55,287 bases of DNA from Limisphaerales bacterium (GTDB taxonomy: Bacteria; Verrucomicrobiota; Verrucomicrobiia; Limisphaerales; CANJXF01). Shown piece after piece: positions 44,272 through 53,020 of this stretch (the stretch's first letter is position 1; every line of letters begins with the position of its first letter). The notes under the pieces are model-generated. The model ran no database searches, was not told the DNA's origin, and saw only the letters and a program-made list of their open reading frames with translations. Where the stretch lies: positions 1 to 55,287 of the forward strand of contig JBKJOZ010000377.1 in NCBI GenBank assembly GCA_046595315.1, given 5' to 3'. Made by a program: the position numbers and the translations under genes.

Positions 44272-46956
44272 ATGCCTACCTTGACTGCTTCAACCACTTT
44301 AGTTCGCTCCGAAAGTTTTCCACGAACGAAAAGAAAATCTCCCGTTGATGTTGGCTTGCAACAATGGTTCGAGGCCAAAGCGTCTGAATTTCCAAAAGCA
44401 GTCGCGGTATCCTTTCCGGAAAATTCCAAACAACAGGAAATTAGCTATGGCGAATTAAATTTTCGCGCCAATCAACTCGCGCGACACCTGCGCAAAGCGG
44501 GCGTCGGGCCGGACGTTGTCGTCGGCATTTGCGCCGAGCGTTCGTTTGAATTGATCGTTGCCGCCCTCGCCGTCATCAAAGCGGGCGGCGCGTACCTTCC
44601 CCTCGATCCCACTTATCCAAAGGAACGTTTGTCGTTCATGCTCGAAGACACCAGTGCGCCGATAATTTTAACACAAGAAAAGCTCGCCCCGACTTTGCCG
44701 AAGAACGATGCACATTTGCTTTGTCTCGATACCGATTGGAAAGCCATCGCCAAAGAGCCGGGCGAAAATCTCGACTGCATCGCCAGCCACGATCATCTGG
44801 CTTATCTGATTTATACATCCGGATCGACCGGAAAACCGAAAGGCGTCGCCATGCGCCACGGCCCGCTGGTCAATCTGTTATTGTGGCAATTCCAGAACTG
44901 GAGCGCGCGCCCGGACGCCAAAACGTTGCAGTTTGCTTCGCTCAATTTTGACGTTTCGTTTCAGGAAATTTTTTCGACGCTCGGCTCCGGCGGAACGCTC
45001 GTCCTGGTCTCCGAAGAATTACGCCGAGATTCCAATCGGCTCCTCAATTTTTTGGATGAACAGCAAGTTGAAAGAATTTTTTTACCGTTTGTCGCGTTGA
45101 AACATTTGGCGGATGCCTCGGAGCGCGAACAAATTTTCCCACGACAACTGCGCGAAGTCATCACGGCGGGAGAACAATTGCAGATCACGCCGCAAGTGAC
45201 GCGATTTTTCAGCAAACTGCCTCGCTGTACGTTGCACAATCAGTATGGACCTTCGGAAACCCACGTCGTCACCGCGTTTGATTTGAAAGGTTCGCCGCAA
45301 AACTGGCCGGCGCTTCCGTCCATAGGGAAAGCCATTTTCAACACGCAAATTTTTATTTTGGACGAACAGCTTCGACCTGTAGAACCCGGCACGCCGGGCG
45401 AGTTGTTCATCGGCGGTGATTGTCTGGCGCGTGGATATTTGAATCGCCCCGAGTTGACCGCCGAAAAATTTATCGCCAGTCCATTCGCGCAAAATTCCCG
45501 GCTGTATAAAACGGGAGATCTCGCTCGTCAGTTGCCGGACGGAAATTTTGAGTTTCTCGGACGCATCGATCATCAAGTTAAAATTCGCGGATTCCGGATC
45601 GAGCTCGGGGAAATTGAAACCGTTTTGAGCCAGCATCCGGCCATTCGCGAAGTCGTTGTCGTCGCCAAAGAAAGCGCCAACAGCGACAAAAAACTGGTCG
45701 CCTACATCGTGGCCAATCCTGGGGCCGCAGCCACTTCGTCGGAGCTAAGAAAATTTCTCACCAACAAAATTCCGAGCTACGCAGTTCCCTCAATTTTCAT
45801 GCAGCTCCCGGCATTTCCGTTGACGCCAAATGGCAAGGTGGATCGGCGCGCTTTGCCCGAGCCTGTGGTCGAGGAGGATTTTTCAGCGCAAATCAAACCG
45901 CCGCAAAGCCCGTTAGAAATGCAATTGCAACTCGTGTTCGAAAAATTTCTCAATCGTCGGCCAATTGGAATTGACGTGAGCTTTTTCGAACTGGGCGGCG
46001 ATTCCCTGCAAGCTCTGAAGTTGATCGTCGAAATCGAGCGGTTCACGGGGAAGAAATTGCCGCTCGAAATTCTTTTTCAAAATTCCACGATCGAATCGCT
46101 GGCGACATACATCCAAAATTCTTCCGGCGACTTCAAATTTTCCTCCATGGTTCCGCTCCAGCCCTTAGGAAATCGGCCGCCGCTATTTTTCATCCACACC
46201 ACGCCCGGCGATGTGCTGGCTTACGGCGCATTGATTTATCATCTAGGCCTGGATCAGCCGTGCTACGGATTTCAGTCACTCGGTTTTGGCCGCAAGGAAG
46301 AAAGTCACACGCGCGTCGATCAAATGGCAGCGTATTACATCAAGCAACTCCGGACGATCCAACCGCATGGCCCCTATTATCTCAGCGGCTGGTGCTACGG
46401 TGGAATTGTCGCTGTCGAAATGGGGCATCAACTTTTGGCCGCCGGTGAAGAAGTGGCTTTGATGGCGTTGATTGAAACGCCGGCTCCGGCTCCGGCTCCG
46501 GCCAAATCCAATTTTCGATTTTATGTGCGGCGCATCGGTTGCGTGCTGAAAATGAGTCCGCGGCAATGGCGGATTTATCTCGCTGAAAAAATTAAATATT
46601 ACCGGGGCGTTAAACGAGAAAACGAAATGCGTTTTCGTCGGGTAGATCAATCCGAAAACCCAGATAAAATCGACGAGATCAATCAGCATCTCGAACAACT
46701 CGAGCATGTTTATCACACCAATCTCGACGCGCTGAATTCTTACAACGTTCGTCCATATCCGCGCAAAGTGGTGTTATTCAACGCGCAAGATCAAGATCCT
46801 GCACAGGTCATCGATCCGCTCTACGGCTGGCCGAGTCTCGCGTCGCAAATCGAAGTCCACAGCGTGTCTGGAAATCACGACACAATTTTAATGGAGCCAC
46901 ACGTCCGGCAACTCGCAGAAAAATTCTCCGACTGTCTGGTGCGCTCCCAACATTAA
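44272..46956 (+). CDS. NRPS-like single-module enzyme: adenylation - thiolation (PCP) - thioesterase, no condensation domain
   Basis: 894 aa. A-domain cores are LAYLIYTSGSTGKPKGV, FDVSFQEIF, NQYGPSE, GELFIGGDCLARGY, YKTGDLA, GRIDHQVKIRGFRIELGEIE and PNGKVDR. The PCP motif is FFELGGDS578LQALKL. The TE has PLFFIHTTPGD, GWC708YGG and GNHDTIL. Confidence 0.9.
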   Translation: MPTLTASTTLVRSESFPRTKRKSPVDVGLQQWFEAKASEFPKAVAVSFPENSKQQEISYGELNFRANQLARHLRKAGVGPDVVVGICAERSFELIVAALAVIKAGGAYLPLDPTYPKERLSFMLEDTSAPIILTQEKLAPTLPKNDAHLLCLDTDWKAIAKEPGENLDCIASHDHLAYLIYTSGSTGKPKGVAMRHGPLVNLLLWQFQNWSARPDAKTLQFASLNFDVSFQEIFSTLGSGGTLVLVSEELRRDSNRLLNFLDEQQVERIFLPFVALKHLADASEREQIFPRQLREVITAGEQLQITPQVTRFFSKLPRCTLHNQYGPSETHVVTAFDLKGSPQNWPALPSIGKAIFNTQIFILDEQLRPVEPGTPGELFIGGDCLARGYLNRPELTAEKFIASPFAQNSRLYKTGDLARQLPDGNFEFLGRIDHQVKIRGFRIELGEIETVLSQHPAIREVVVVAKESANSDKKLVAYIVANPGAAATSSELRKFLTNKIPSYAVPSIFMQLPAFPLTPNGKVDRRALPEPVVEEDFSAQIKPPQSPLEMQLQLVFEKFLNRRPIGIDVSFFELGGDSLQALKLIVEIERFTGKKLPLEILFQNSTIESLATYIQNSSGDFKFSSMVPLQPLGNRPPLFFIHTTPGDVLAYGALIYHLGLDQPCYGFQSLGFGRKEESHTRVDQMAAYYIKQLRTIQPHGPYYLSGWCYGGIVAVEMGHQLLAAGEEVALMALIETPAPAPAPAKSNFRFYVRRIGCVLKMSPRQWRIYLAEKIKYYRGVKRENEMRFRRVDQSENPDKIDEINQHLEQLEHVYHTNLDALNSYNVRPYPRKVVLFNAQDQDPAQVIDPLYGWPSLASQIEVHSVSGNHDTILMEPHVRQLAEKFSDCLVRSQH
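46480..46503 (+). repeat. Hexanucleotide tandem repeat (CCGGCT)x3 + CCGGCC inside the TE domain
   Basis: Read directly from the sequence. It is in frame and encodes PAPAPAPA. Confidence 0.9.
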
Positions 46957-46976
46957 TTTTTTAGAAATTACCCACC

Positions 46977-48530
46977 ATGACCAACCAAGATGTCACTCGA
47001 AATATTTGGCGGAATTCCATTTCCAATTACGTTTGCACCGCGATCCGGATGGTCGTCGGCCTTCTGATGTTTCGGATGCTTTATCAACATCTGTCACGTG
47101 AAGAATTTGGTTTTTGGGCGCTGCTTTGGAGCGTGTTTGGTTACGGCATCCTGCTCGATTTCGGATTCGGTTTTACAGCCGAGAAAAGAGTGGCAGAGCT
47201 TTCGGTTCATCAAGAATGGGATCGCTTGAGCCGCATTCTCAGCACCATCTTTTTTGTCTATCTTGCCATCGGAATTTTGATGGTCTTGACGATCCTTTTA
47301 ACTTCCAGTCACGTGATTGATTTTTTTAACGTCACCTCAGGGAACCACGAACGTTTTCGCAAAATTTTAGTCTGGTTCTTTGCGGGAATGGCAATTGCAT
47401 TTCCACTCGGAATTTTTCCAGAAATCTTGATCGGCCAGCAAAGGATTTGCCTGACCAATATTATTTTTTCCACCGGCGTCGTCGCCAATTTTGTTTTTGT
47501 CGCGTTGGCCGTCCATTTTCACTGGAAGCTGCAAACCATTTTCATCATTGCGCTGCTCAGCGGCATTCTCCCGTGCGTGGTTTCGGCAATGTTCGCCTTT
47601 CAATATTTACCCAAGGTGAAAATTCGACTGAGCTATTTTTCGTGGGGGACTATTCGTGAGACGATGCAGTTTTCCATTTTTGCTTATATCAGCACGGTCA
47701 GTAACATCATCGTCGCCAAGACAGATCAACTGGTGATTAGCGCAGCCTTGTCCGTATCGGCAGTGGCAGTTTATCAAGTCAGCGCCAAGCTAGCGGAAAC
47801 GTTTGGCGGGTTTACTCAACAATTGCCGAGCACATTTTCTCCTGCGGCGGCGCACATGCACGCCAAGGGAGACAAAGCATTTCTCAAAAATCTCCTCATC
47901 GACGGCACTCGCTTCACGCTAATGATTGGCACGCCGCTTTATTTTATCTGCGCGTTTTACATGGAGGGCATTCTTTCCATTTTGACCGGTGACAAAATCC
48001 CGAGCCACGAAACGTTTTGGATCGGGCAGGTTCTTCTCTTCTGGTGCTACATGGTTTTGGTCACGCAAAGTGTATCCAAACGCATTTTCATGATGTGCGG
48101 ACACGAACGCATTTTGATGAAATTAAGCTGCGGTGAAGCGCTGCTGAATCTCGCGTTGAGCATCGGATTGGTTCTTTATTTCAAAAATGTTTTGTGCGTC
48201 GCCCTCGGCTCACTGATCTCCACGATGATCTTTGGTTGGTTTTTCGTCTGGCCCATGGCGGCACGCGAAGCGGAAATGTCCTGCTGGCAACTGGCGCGCA
48301 CTGTCTTGATTCCAATCTGGCTAGCGTCGCTGCCGTTGTTGGGCTTTCTCTTGCTCGGTCGATTTGTCCCGTGGTTTGATTTTCGCACCAGCACGCTTCT
48401 GTTTTTTGCAGAATGCGCAGTGGCAGTTTTGGTCGCTGCCATCAGTTTTTGGCACGCAGCCCTTAAACGAAACGAACGCGAACATCTCACCGCGCGATTT
48501 GGAAAATATTTCAGGATTACCCCGGTATGA
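46977..48530 (+). CDS. wzx: Wzx-type oligosaccharide/polysaccharide flippase (MOP superfamily)
   Basis: 517 aa with about 12-14 TM segments. The N-terminal pattern NSISNYVCTAIRMVVGLLMFRMLYQHLSREEFGFWALLWSVFGYGILLDFGFG is typical of polysaccharide biosynthesis (Wzx) proteins. Confidence 0.75.
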   Translation: MTNQDVTRNIWRNSISNYVCTAIRMVVGLLMFRMLYQHLSREEFGFWALLWSVFGYGILLDFGFGFTAEKRVAELSVHQEWDRLSRILSTIFFVYLAIGILMVLTILLTSSHVIDFFNVTSGNHERFRKILVWFFAGMAIAFPLGIFPEILIGQQRICLTNIIFSTGVVANFVFVALAVHFHWKLQTIFIIALLSGILPCVVSAMFAFQYLPKVKIRLSYFSWGTIRETMQFSIFAYISTVSNIIVAKTDQLVISAALSVSAVAVYQVSAKLAETFGGFTQQLPSTFSPAAAHMHAKGDKAFLKNLLIDGTRFTLMIGTPLYFICAFYMEGILSILTGDKIPSHETFWIGQVLLFWCYMVLVTQSVSKRIFMMCGHERILMKLSCGEALLNLALSIGLVLYFKNVLCVALGSLISTMIFGWFFVWPMAAREAEMSCWQLARTVLIPIWLASLPLLGFLLLGRFVPWFDFRTSTLLFFAECAVAVLVAAISFWHAALKRNEREHLTARFGKYFRITPV

Positions 48531-49444
48531 ACGATCCACTTGTCAGCATCATTTTGCGTTCCTACAACGAAGCCTGGGCTTTGGGCGCCACTCTTGCTGC
48601 CTTGCAAGCGCAGGAGTATAAAAACTGGGAACTGATCGTAATCGACTCCGGCTCCACCGACGGCTCCGCTGATTTAATTCGCAAAGCCAACCCGCGTCAT
48701 TTTCATCAAATCAAGCCATCTGAATACAATCCCAGCCGCGTGATGAACTGGGGAATGCGCCTGGCGAAAGGTGATTATGGAATTTTTCTCAACGCCGACG
48801 CCCTTCCCCAAAACGAAAATTGGCTCCGCCCGCTGGTTGAGCCACTCCTGAATCCTAAAACGGCCGCCGTTTTCGGGAGGCAGATTCCGCGCCTGGATTG
48901 CCAGGCCGTTTACGCCTGCGATTACGAACGCTGTTTTGGCCCGCATCGCGAGTCAGCAAATTGGGATCATTTTTTCAGCATGGTGAGCAGCGGACTTCGT
49001 AAAGACATTTGGGCGCAACGCGGTTTCCTTGAAAAACTTCAATACGCCGAAGACGACGAATATACGCGTTGGTGCAAAACCGAAAATTATCGGGTGGTTT
49101 ATTGCCCCGAATCGGTCGTCATGCACTCGCACAATTACACTCCGGCGCAATCCTACAAACGTAGCTTTGGCGATGCGCGCGCGCTGGCCGCTTCGTGGCA
49201 GAATGATCCAAATTATTTTAATTTTTTCCGAACCGTTTTGCTCGGCTCGATCAGCGACCTTCGGCATGACTTTCGATTTTGCGCGCAGCACCGCCGCTTG
49301 CCGGAATTTCCACACGCTGCACAAATCCGATGGCATCAACGTCGCGGAAAACTCGATGGATTTCGCGCCGGTTGGAAAGATTATCGAATAAACGACACGA
49401 CGTGCGTGCCACAAACGTTGTCGGCTGTTTTATCTGGAAAATGA
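48527..49444 (+). CDS. Glycosyltransferase family 2
   Basis: 305 aa; the start overlaps the wzx stop (ATGA). It has VSIILRSYNEAWALGATLAALQAQEYKNWELIVIDSGSTDGS and FLNADALP. Confidence 0.85.
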   Translation: MNDPLVSIILRSYNEAWALGATLAALQAQEYKNWELIVIDSGSTDGSADLIRKANPRHFHQIKPSEYNPSRVMNWGMRLAKGDYGIFLNADALPQNENWLRPLVEPLLNPKTAAVFGRQIPRLDCQAVYACDYERCFGPHRESANWDHFFSMVSSGLRKDIWAQRGFLEKLQYAEDDEYTRWCKTENYRVVYCPESVVMHSHNYTPAQSYKRSFGDARALAASWQNDPNYFNFFRTVLLGSISDLRHDFRFCAQHRRLPEFPHAAQIRWHQRRGKLDGFRAGWKDYRINDTTCVPQTLSAVLSGK

Positions 49445-50583
49445 ATTCCCGTTTCACAATTGATGGAAGTGACGTGCTGGAAAATCATTTAACGCAGACC
49501 TGCCAGCGCGTTGCCACTGGCGTCCGAAAAATTATCCCCAATGGCGAGCTGGAGGCACTCCTGCTTGGTGGCGGTTATGGTCGAGGCCAAGGCGGCGTTC
49601 TCAAAACCGATTCCGGCGATCAACCTTACAACGATCTCGAGTTTTACGTCTGTCTGCAAGGCAGCGAACTTTTGAATCGAAGAAAATATCGGCGCGCCAT
49701 CCATCATCTCGCCGAGAAACTTTCCCCTGAGGCTGGGCTTGAAGTGGAATTTAAAATTACCTCGCTCGATAAGTTGCGGAAAAATCCGCCGACCATGTTC
49801 AGCTACGATTTAGCCTGCGGACATCGCTCGTTTTTGGGCGACGATAATTCGTTTGCTAAAAATTCGGCACCGAACGCGGAAAGCATCCCGCAATGCGAGG
49901 CGACGCGGCTCCTGATGAATCGTTGCTCTGGTTTGCTCTTCGCCAAAGAGCATTTGCAACGCAAACCGTTTACCGAACAAGACGCTGATTTCGTCGGGCG
50001 CAACCACGCCAAGGCGCAACTCGCGTTCGGCGATGTTATCCTGACGGCGCACGGCCAATATCATTGGGATTGTCGCGAGCGAAATCGGCGGCTTGCCCAT
50101 TTTTCGTCTCAGGCACTGCCGTGGATAAACGAAGTCCGCCGTCATCACGACATCGGGTTGCAATTCAAACTTTATCCCCAGCGCAGCCGCGATTCCATGG
50201 ATGTTTTGTGCGAGCGCCAACGCGCCTTGACGGACCTCGGTTTGAAAATATGGCTTTGGCTAGAGAGCACGCGGCTTAAAAGAACGTTCACCTCCGCCCG
50301 TAATTACGCTTTCGATACTTGCGACAAATGTCCCGAAACCAATTCGCTGCGTAATTTGTTGATCAATGCTCGAACATTCGGCATTGCCATTTTGTTTGAA
50401 AGCAATCCGCTCCGCTATCCGCGCCAACGATTGCTTCATGCTTTGGCGCTGTTGCTGTGGGAACCAACCGCCTTGACCAAGCCAAGTTTATGGCAACGGC
50501 TCCAGACTGAGCTGAGCACGAACGCAGTGCAGTTTCCCGAGTTGGTCAAAGCCTACGAATTTTTGTGGAAACAATTCAACTAA
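49441..50583 (+). CDS. Hypothetical protein, weak nucleotidyltransferase-fold-like N-terminus
   Basis: 380 aa from ATG 49441, which overlaps the GT2 stop (ATGA). The stretch ALLLGGGYGRGQGGV...PYNDLEFYVCL loosely resembles the G[SG]-x(n)-DxD/E pattern of pol-beta-type NTases. The rest is helical-looking and unassigned. Confidence 0.35.
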   Translation: MNSRFTIDGSDVLENHLTQTCQRVATGVRKIIPNGELEALLLGGGYGRGQGGVLKTDSGDQPYNDLEFYVCLQGSELLNRRKYRRAIHHLAEKLSPEAGLEVEFKITSLDKLRKNPPTMFSYDLACGHRSFLGDDNSFAKNSAPNAESIPQCEATRLLMNRCSGLLFAKEHLQRKPFTEQDADFVGRNHAKAQLAFGDVILTAHGQYHWDCRERNRRLAHFSSQALPWINEVRRHHDIGLQFKLYPQRSRDSMDVLCERQRALTDLGLKIWLWLESTRLKRTFTSARNYAFDTCDKCPETNSLRNLLINARTFGIAILFESNPLRYPRQRLLHALALLLWEPTALTKPSLWQRLQTELSTNAVQFPELVKAYEFLWKQFN

Positions 50584-50588
50584 CGCCC

Positions 50589-51830
50589 ATGAAAATTCTT
50601 GTTTTTTATCCTTACATTCCTTGGCCGCTAGATCGCGGAACCTACCAGCGCACTTTCAACCTCCTGCGCGAACTTGCGAAAACGCACGAAGTTGATTTGC
50701 TCGCACTCGCTTCAAATGGAGAGGGAGTCGAACACAAAGCGCTTTTCGAAACATTCTGTCGGCGTGTGGAATTCGTTCCATTCCAACATCCGCAATGGGA
50801 AAAACTTTTTCCCACACGCCTGCTTAACCCGCTTCCCACCAGCATCGCGCACTGGACAATGCCGCATGTGCAACAGGCTGTGGACAAGATGCTCGCCAGC
50901 GAAAAATACGATGCGGTTCACGCGTGCGACATCGTCCTCGCCCAATATTTCATGCGTCACCATCGCGCCATGCCACTAGTTATCGACCGAAGCCGCGTCG
51001 ATCTCCAATTCCAATTGATGGAACATCAACGAATGAATTTTTCCGCGCGCACTAAACTTCTCCGGTGCGAAGGTTATTTAAAAATGTGGATCTACGAACG
51101 GGCTGTGGCGCGCCGCGCCGCGCTGGAAATTGTTTGCGGGCCGGACGACGAAATATTTTTACGCAAATATGTCAGCCGGAAGATGCCGGTCTCCGTCCTC
51201 GTCAACGGCGTCGATTTAGATTTTTTCCGCCGGGAAAATTCCGATGCGCCACGAGCGCAAAAGCCAACGCTCATTTTTTGTGGCGCGATGGATTACAACC
51301 CGAACATCGACGCGTTACGCTGGTATTTTCAGGAAATTCATGAGTCGTTGCGCAAACAAGTTCCTGAGCTGGAAGTATTGGTGGTCGGCAAACAACCGAC
51401 CGCCGAAGTGCTGGCTTACGGACAAAAGCCCAGTGTGACTGTAACGGGCAGCGTGCCGGATGTGCGCCCGTTTTATCGGCGCGCCTGGTTGCAAATCGTG
51501 CCGCTTCGCATCGGTGGCGGAACGCGTTTAAAAATCGTTGAATCGATGGCGATGGGAACACCCATCATCTCCACCACGATCGGCGCTCAAGGACTCAACC
51601 TGCGTCATGACCATGACATTCTCTTGGCCGATCGCGCTGAAGATTTCGTGCAACAAACTGCGCGTGCTCTGCGCGAGACGGTGCTGCGGAATCATTTGGA
51701 GAAAGCCGGATTGGAAACGGTTCACGCGCGCTTTTCCTGGACAAAACTGGGCGGAGAACTGGGCGGGCTTTACAGCAAAAATGCGCGTGAAAAGAACGGC
51801 AAAGCTCACTTCACGCCAGCTTGCGCATGA
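50589..51830 (+). CDS. Glycosyltransferase family 4, second 'stp1'/TIGR03087-like paralogue
   Basis: 413 aa from ATG 50589. It has MKILVFYPYIPWPLDRGTYQRTFNLLRELAKTHEVDLLAL, FCGAMDYNPNIDALRWYF and VPLRIGGGTRLKIVESMAMGTPIISTTIGAQGL. Confidence 0.85.
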   Translation: MKILVFYPYIPWPLDRGTYQRTFNLLRELAKTHEVDLLALASNGEGVEHKALFETFCRRVEFVPFQHPQWEKLFPTRLLNPLPTSIAHWTMPHVQQAVDKMLASEKYDAVHACDIVLAQYFMRHHRAMPLVIDRSRVDLQFQLMEHQRMNFSARTKLLRCEGYLKMWIYERAVARRAALEIVCGPDDEIFLRKYVSRKMPVSVLVNGVDLDFFRRENSDAPRAQKPTLIFCGAMDYNPNIDALRWYFQEIHESLRKQVPELEVLVVGKQPTAEVLAYGQKPSVTVTGSVPDVRPFYRRAWLQIVPLRIGGGTRLKIVESMAMGTPIISTTIGAQGLNLRHDHDILLADRAEDFVQQTARALRETVLRNHLEKAGLETVHARFSWTKLGGELGGLYSKNAREKNGKAHFTPACA

Positions 51831-51872
51831 AACATTAAAATATTTTTAACCTCCAAAGCGAAACCGAATCCA

Positions 51873-52379
51873 TCACTCTTTTCCTTGGACAAACGAACTC
51901 AGGTTTTCCGGGGGCGGTGGAATCTGAATGACCTCCAAATAATTTTTAATGCTCTCTGCCATTTTGACTGTTCCATTAAAATCATTCGGCTTGTGCAATA
52001 AACTGTTTGCGGCCAAATCATAAACTAGACGCGATCGCAACTCGCTTTTGTCCGAGGTGAGAATAAAAACCAAAAGCCTTTTGTGTTCGGGTTGCTCCCG
52101 AATCCAAGTCAACAGTTGTATGCCATCCGTTTCGGGCATGTTCAAATCCAGCAACAAGCAAACGGGATAGGGAAATTTATTACGATCCGCAAACTTTCCT
52201 TCCCCTTTGAGATAAGCTTTGGTTTCGTCCCCGCTGCGAGTCGAGAGGAGTGGCTTTGCCCAACCGACCTGAGTAAATGCCTCATGAAAAAGAAAGAAAT
52301 GATCTTCGTTATCGTCGGCCAAAAGAATTGTTCCGTTCAGCTTCATAAAAGGCGCGGACCCGATATTTGCATTGATCAA
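51873..52379 (-). CDS. Stand-alone response-regulator receiver protein (canonical)
   Basis: 168 aa; the start may instead be Met13 at 52343. It has ILLADDNED, LLLDLNMPETDG, FILTSD and LHKPNDF. Confidence 0.8.
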   Translation of the reverse strand: MINANIGSAPFMKLNGTILLADDNEDHFFLFHEAFTQVGWAKPLLSTRSGDETKAYLKGEGKFADRNKFPYPVCLLLDLNMPETDGIQLLTWIREQPEHKRLLVFILTSDKSELRSRLVYDLAANSLLHKPNDFNGTVKMAESIKNYLEVIQIPPPPENLSSFVQGKE

Positions 52380-52423
52380 CGCAGGTGTCGAATCTGTTTG
52401 AAAATAATTTCTGAAAATAAAAG

Positions 52424-52960
52424 TCAGTAATTAATTGCGACAATTTCCAGTTCCTCTTCGCCCGCAGGAAAGCGAAAAAGAACATGTTGAGCTATCCGCG
52501 AATTAAGGAGTGCGCGGGCAATCGGTGACCGCCAACTCACCCAATCGCGGTCGATATCCGTTTCGTCAACTCCCACAATCCGGTACTCGGTTTCGATTCC
52601 CCTTTTATTTCGCACTTTGACCGTTGCGCCAAATCGCACCACTTCTTCGGGCGCGCTGGGTGGTTGAACGATTTCAGCAGATTGCAAACTCACTCCTAGG
52701 TAGGCGATTCGTTGATCTAAAATTTGTAATTGGCGACGCGCATCGGAAACAACGGCATCCGTTCCTTCCGTGGAAGATTTTGAAATTTGACTGGAAAGTC
52801 GCGGGCGCTCTATTTGAATCAAAGCATCCAATTCGTGCCGCAACCGTTTCGCGCCGTCCGGCGTCAGATAATTTTTTACGCCCGGCGGCAATGGTGATGG
52901 CGCAACCCGTAGGAGTGGCTCTTCTGCCAAATCGTCTTCTCGCGTAAATGCCTTGCTCAT
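52424..52960 (-). CDS. GreA/GreB-family transcription factor-like protein
   Basis: 178 aa with an N-terminal coiled-coil-like region. The C-terminal Gre-type domain reads VRFGATVKVRNKRG..EYRIVGVDETDIDRDWVSWRSPIARALLNSR. Confidence 0.75.
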   Translation of the reverse strand: MSKAFTREDDLAEEPLLRVAPSPLPPGVKNYLTPDGAKRLRHELDALIQIERPRLSSQISKSSTEGTDAVVSDARRQLQILDQRIAYLGVSLQSAEIVQPPSAPEEVVRFGATVKVRNKRGIETEYRIVGVDETDIDRDWVSWRSPIARALLNSRIAQHVLFRFPAGEEELEIVAINY

Positions 52961-53020
52961 GCACTAAGGTACCCGCGTTTCCGAAACAAAACTACCGGGC
53001 AACGCTTTTCCCCCATCGGT

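Noticed and set aside
44935-45290. An attempt to read the A-domain specificity code. Positions 235/236/239 appear to be D-V-Q (reminiscent of Pro codes), and 299/301 appear to be V/T.
   Set aside because: Reliable extraction of all ten positions needs a structure-anchored alignment. The partial code does not match any signature I can recall, so no substrate is claimed.
46480-46503. A hexanucleotide repeat in the TE domain, considered as a possible phase-variation tract.
   Set aside because: The unit length is a multiple of 3, so copy changes only alter a PAPA linker. There is no frameshift potential.
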